From Alkalilimnicola ehrlichii MLHE-1 (GTDB taxonomy: Bacteria > Pseudomonadota > Gammaproteobacteria > Nitrococcales > Halorhodospiraceae), in the NCBI RefSeq assembly GCF_000014785.1, contig NC_008340.1, forward strand, positions 750,001 to 782,000: a DNA stretch of 32,000 nt. The letters are read 5' to 3'. Within the stretch, counting starts at the first letter, position 1. Each line of letters starts with the position of its first letter. Below the pieces are notes generated by a model. It saw only the letters and a program-made list of their open reading frames with translations, was not told where the DNA came from and made no database searches. This document shows positions 28,630-32,000 of the stretch, in pieces. The translations under genes were made by a program, and so were the position numbers.

Positions 28630-31314
28630 TTACACTTTACTCTGCTTCAGGGCGTTGTTGAAATATTTGACGGTTCCCACGCCGCTGGCACCCATTACGG
28701 TGCAGTCATAAAGCTGAAAATCGGAGAGCAGACGGTCCAGTGCTCGTCGGTCGGCCTCGCTGTGGTATTCGAGCATGACGATCGATACTTTCGGCAGAAA
28801 CGGTACGAGTGTCTGCACAACGGGGACCTCTGAACCTTCGGTATCGATCTTCAGGACATCGATATGATCCACTCCCGCCGCGGTCAGCGCATCCAGCGCG
28901 TTTCGGACGGGCACTTGGACTTGGGTCGCGCCATCCGAGCGTCTCGCCAGTGAGGTCTCCCCCGTGTTCCTGGGGTGCTGCCAAAGGGTCAGCTCGCCAT
29001 CTTCGTCGGACAGTGCGAACGGATGGATCTGGATGGTGCCCCGCGCTTCCTGTTTATTGCGCTCGAGCAGCGGCAGGACCTGGGGGTTGGGCTCGAAACA
29101 ATGGACGATGCAGTGTGGTGACCAAAGGTCCGCGTACAAGGCGAACGCGCCGATGTTCGCACCGACATCCACTACCACCATCTCAGGCGATATGTGGAAA
29201 CCCGCTGGCAGCGCGTACTCCTCCTCTTCGAAGATGTTTTTCAGGCGGAAGGTTTCCCCCTTGGGGATCAATAAAGAACGGGACTGATTGTCGGGACCAG
29301 TGACCGTGGCTTTGACTGCTTCCGATGGCAAGGTGGGTGCGACATCGCCGTTTGTTTCATCCCGGTCATTGGGCTGCTGTATTGCCGCAGCCTCCAAGCC
29401 AGCCAGCCTGAAGCGAGGTGCCGTTCTGCTGTTCCCGGCTCGTTGCGAATCCCGGTCCTGCAACTCGGCCTTCATTCGGGCCGTGATATGGGACGGGATG
29501 CGCGCCGGCTTGGAGAAATGCAGGTGTGCCGGTTGGGCGTCGGCGCACCACCGCCGCCAGATGGTCCGGAAGGCCCGGTCCAGGTTGGTGGCAAATTGGG
29601 CGTGATTCCCCAGCGGAGAGTTCTGGCACTGTTTCCGCAGTCCCGCGCGCAGTGCTTCCAGCTTTTCGATGTCACCCGCCGTCTCAACGGCGATCTGCTT
29701 GTAGTCGTGGAAATCGGCGGCGATGAACTGGTCCAGGCCTGAGTTGTGAAGGTGACTGGCGGCATGACGGCCCGCAAAAGTTGGTCCGGGGCACGTGATC
29801 ACCGGCACCCCCATGTATAACCCCTCAATAGTCGTCAACCCGCCGGAATAAGGCCAGGGGTCAAGGGCGATGTCCACCCGATGATAGGTCTCTAGCAGGT
29901 ACCGGTGGGGCGCTCCCTCCTCCAGGATCAGCCTTGTGTCCGGAACCCCCGCCTCCACCAGCATGTGCCAAAGCTGCTTCCGGGCGCCGGGGTCGGATAG
30001 CTTCTTGTCCTTGATAAGCAGGCGGCTGTCCGGAACTGCTTTCAGGATCCCTGCCCAGACGCCGGCGATTTCCCGGTTGACCTTATGCAGGTTGTTCATG
30101 CACGCGAATGTGATGTACCCATTCTCCTTTGCGGGTAATGGGGCGATGTCCGGCAGGTAAGGGGGTGGGGCATAGGTGACATACCCCGTTGGCAGCCGGA
30201 TCAGCTTTTCGGTATAAAACTCTTCGACCCCTTCCGGGGTCTCCATCCAATCGGTGAGCAGGTAATCGATGGTTGGCACTGCTGAGGTGTTGAAGAGCCC
30301 GCCGACCCATTTGACTTGAACCGGGGCGGCCCTTCTCGCTATGGCGGACAGTGCCGAATACCCACTGTGTCCGGTCATGTCCACCAGGATGTCGAGTCGG
30401 TCCTTCAACAGTTGCGCATGGATGGCCTCTTGCGACCAATGGACCATTTGGCACCAGTGGCCGGTCATGTTCTGGAAGCGGTGTGATAGGAAGTCCTTGG
30501 GTCGGGGTGGTGCAGTGGAGTAGAGATGCAGCGTGTGATCAAAATACCGGGCAAGGGTATTGATCGCACCGAAGCTGAGCCAGCCGGCGGGATGCGAGTG
30601 GAACCCATTGGAAATGAAACCGATGCGCAGTGGGCGCTCCGGGTCGCGATCCCGCTCGAAATGGCGTTCTGTCTCTAGATGGGCGGCGCAGTTTGCGTAC
30701 CAGCGCGCATGCAGTTTGCGTAGGTCCCTGGCACTTTGAGATGGCAGGTAGTGGGCCATCATCAGTATGTTAGACCAGAGGACATGATTTCCTGGCTCAA
30801 GCACCCCGGCCAACTGCAACTGCTGAAACCCGGCCTCACCGTCACCAAGGTCGAACAGGACGTGCCCCAGGCTGTTTAAGGTATCGGCGTCGGGTTGCGT
30901 CTTGATCAGCTCCACAAGGATGTCGCGCGCCTGTTCGCGGCGGTTGGCCTTGACCAGGGCCTGCGCGAGGAGGGCTTGCAAGCGACGGTGCTCAGGGGCC
31001 TTCTCCGCCGCCCGGCGGAGGAACCCGAGGGCGTCGTCGGTGTGGTTGAGTTCCAGGAGGAATTGTGCGTGAATCGCGGCCGCATCGGCTGCGCCTTCCC
31101 CCCCTTGATCCAATGCCTCCCTTGACGCTGAGAGCGCCTCTTCGGGCCGTCCCTCTTGCCAGAGGAGGCGGGCGTGCAGGGTGAGCACGCAGCCGTCGCT
31201 GCTGTTGCGCTCAAGGGCCTTATCGCAGAGGATCCGTGCCCCGTGGATATCTCCGGCATTGAGTGCTTGGGCGATGGCGCGGTACGTCTGGATGGGAGCT
31301 GAATGTTTGGGCAT
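28630..31314 (-). CDS. Fusion protein: TPR repeats + SPINDLY/OGT-like O-GlcNAc-transferase-type domain (GT41) + C-terminal FkbM-family methyltransferase
   Basis: TPR-like N-term; GT41 motifs (RPLRIGFISNGFHSHPAGW; LDILVDMTGHSGYSALSAIARRAAPVQVKWVGGLFNTSAVPTIDYLLTD; ALDPWPYSGGLTTIEGLYMGVPVITCPGPTFAGRHAASHL); FkbM motifs (VVVDVGANIGAFALYA; HCFEPNPQVLPLLERN; IDVLKIDTEGSEVPVV). MPKHSAP start at 31314 preferred over 31395. Confidence 0.9.
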   Translation of the reverse strand: MPKHSAPIQTYRAIAQALNAGDIHGARILCDKALERNSSDGCVLTLHARLLWQEGRPEEALSASREALDQGGEGAADAAAIHAQFLLELNHTDDALGFLRRAAEKAPEHRRLQALLAQALVKANRREQARDILVELIKTQPDADTLNSLGHVLFDLGDGEAGFQQLQLAGVLEPGNHVLWSNILMMAHYLPSQSARDLRKLHARWYANCAAHLETERHFERDRDPERPLRIGFISNGFHSHPAGWLSFGAINTLARYFDHTLHLYSTAPPRPKDFLSHRFQNMTGHWCQMVHWSQEAIHAQLLKDRLDILVDMTGHSGYSALSAIARRAAPVQVKWVGGLFNTSAVPTIDYLLTDWMETPEGVEEFYTEKLIRLPTGYVTYAPPPYLPDIAPLPAKENGYITFACMNNLHKVNREIAGVWAGILKAVPDSRLLIKDKKLSDPGARKQLWHMLVEAGVPDTRLILEEGAPHRYLLETYHRVDIALDPWPYSGGLTTIEGLYMGVPVITCPGPTFAGRHAASHLHNSGLDQFIAADFHDYKQIAVETAGDIEKLEALRAGLRKQCQNSPLGNHAQFATNLDRAFRTIWRRWCADAQPAHLHFSKPARIPSHITARMKAELQDRDSQRAGNSRTAPRFRLAGLEAAAIQQPNDRDETNGDVAPTLPSEAVKATVTGPDNQSRSLLIPKGETFRLKNIFEEEEYALPAGFHISPEMVVVDVGANIGAFALYADLWSPHCIVHCFEPNPQVLPLLERNKQEARGTIQIHPFALSDEDGELTLWQHPRNTGETSLARRSDGATQVQVPVRNALDALTAAGVDHIDVLKIDTEGSEVPVVQTLVPFLPKVSIVMLEYHSEADRRALDRLLSDFQLYDCTVMGASGVGTVKYFNNALKQSKV

Positions 31315-31560
31315 GCCGGTTGAGCCTGTAGTAATCCCTTGGTGTGTATTCGGGCACTGTAAAGGAAAGTGGCGCTGGATTGCATATCCGGCCATGGCGG
31401 CGATGCATGGCCGGAAGGGAGTTGCCGGTGGGAAGCCGAGGTGTCTTACCTGCGTGGTCCGGCCGTTGCCTCCTGCGCCTCGCAGGCTTCCTTGTTGGTG
31501 TGTGTTTTTTCTGGGAAAGCAACAACCTATGAGAGCGGAAGATTCTTTCCGCCCAAAGGC

Positions 31561-31587
31561 TAAAGGTTTCCGGTGGCTTGCCGCTAC
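31561..31587 (+). promoter_or_regulatory. Sigma-28 (FliA)-type promoter for flagellin 2
   Basis: TAAAGGTT (31561-31568) - 11 nt - GCCGCTAC (31580-31587), against the consensus TAAAGTTT-N11-GCCGATAA. Confidence 0.75.
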
Positions 31588-31682
31588 AAAGGGCGAACGG
31601 GGAGGATAGCGGCCAGCGTCGCCCCCAGGTCAGCAACCCAGTCGGGGCATCAATGGCCCCATCGGAAACGAGGATGTGAGCC

Positions 31683-32000
31683 ATGGCACAGGTAATCAAC
31701 ACCAACATCGCTTCTCTTAATGCGCAGCGGAATCTGAACGCATCGCAGAACCAACTGAATGTGTCGCTGGAGCGGCTCTCGTCCGGGCTGAGGATCAACA
31801 GCGCCAAGGATGATGCCGCGGGTCTCGCCATCTCCGAGCGATTCACCGCTCAGATCAACGGCAACAACCAAGCGGTCCGGAACGCCAACGATGGCATCTC
31901 CCTCTCTCAGACCGCCGAAGGGGCCTTGGAAGAGATCGGGAACATCGGGCAGCGCATTCGTGAGCTGGCCGTCCAGGCAGCCAATGACACCAACTCCGCG
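31683..32000 (+). CDS. fliC: Second flagellin, 3'-truncated by the window edge
   Basis: [106 protein letters not shown]; GAGG RBS upstream. Not listed in the ORF track but read directly. Confidence 0.95.
   Translation, partial: MAQVINTNIASLNAQRNLNASQNQLNVSLERLSSGLRINSAKDDAAGLAISERFTAQINGNNQAVRNANDGISLSQTAEGALEEIGNIGQRIRELAVQAANDTNSA

Noticed and set aside
31220-31846. 208-aa minus-strand ORF overlapping the flagellin 2 promoter and start
   Set aside because: Antisense to flagellin 2's conserved N-terminus and overlapping the start of the GT41-FkbM gene; no recognisable domain.

Overview
GC-rich, densely coding gammaproteobacterial chromosomal segment. Gene content and flagellin composition suggest an Ectothiorhodospiraceae-like haloalkaliphile (inference). 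Most of the window is core genome. Main loci: smc (5'-truncated)-zipA-ligA; a FimX-like degenerate GGDEF/EAL protein co-oriented with epmB and divergent from efp-epmA; a DUF3301-like protein; a PHP phosphoesterase; a thiolase; a signalling block of REC-PAS-GGDEF-EAL, HDOD-GAF and membrane PAS-GGDEF proteins; a small PA3496-like protein; xseA; a DUF1295 protein; an overlapping korA-korB-ferritin-like operon; and a flagellin locus where a fused TPR/GT41 (SPINDLY/OGT-like)-FkbM methyltransferase gene lies between two flagellin genes. Non-coding features: a multi-hairpin, cloverleaf-like element downstream of ligA, a three-copy palindromic interspersed repeat near 22.5 kb, rho-independent terminators and a sigma-28-like flagellin promoter. 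I see no CRISPR array, phage, transposase, rRNA, convincing tRNA or recognisable defence system. The best candidate for a less-described system is the flagellin / GT41-FkbM fusion / flagellin locus. No database search was possible, so all family calls rest on motif and sequence recognition.
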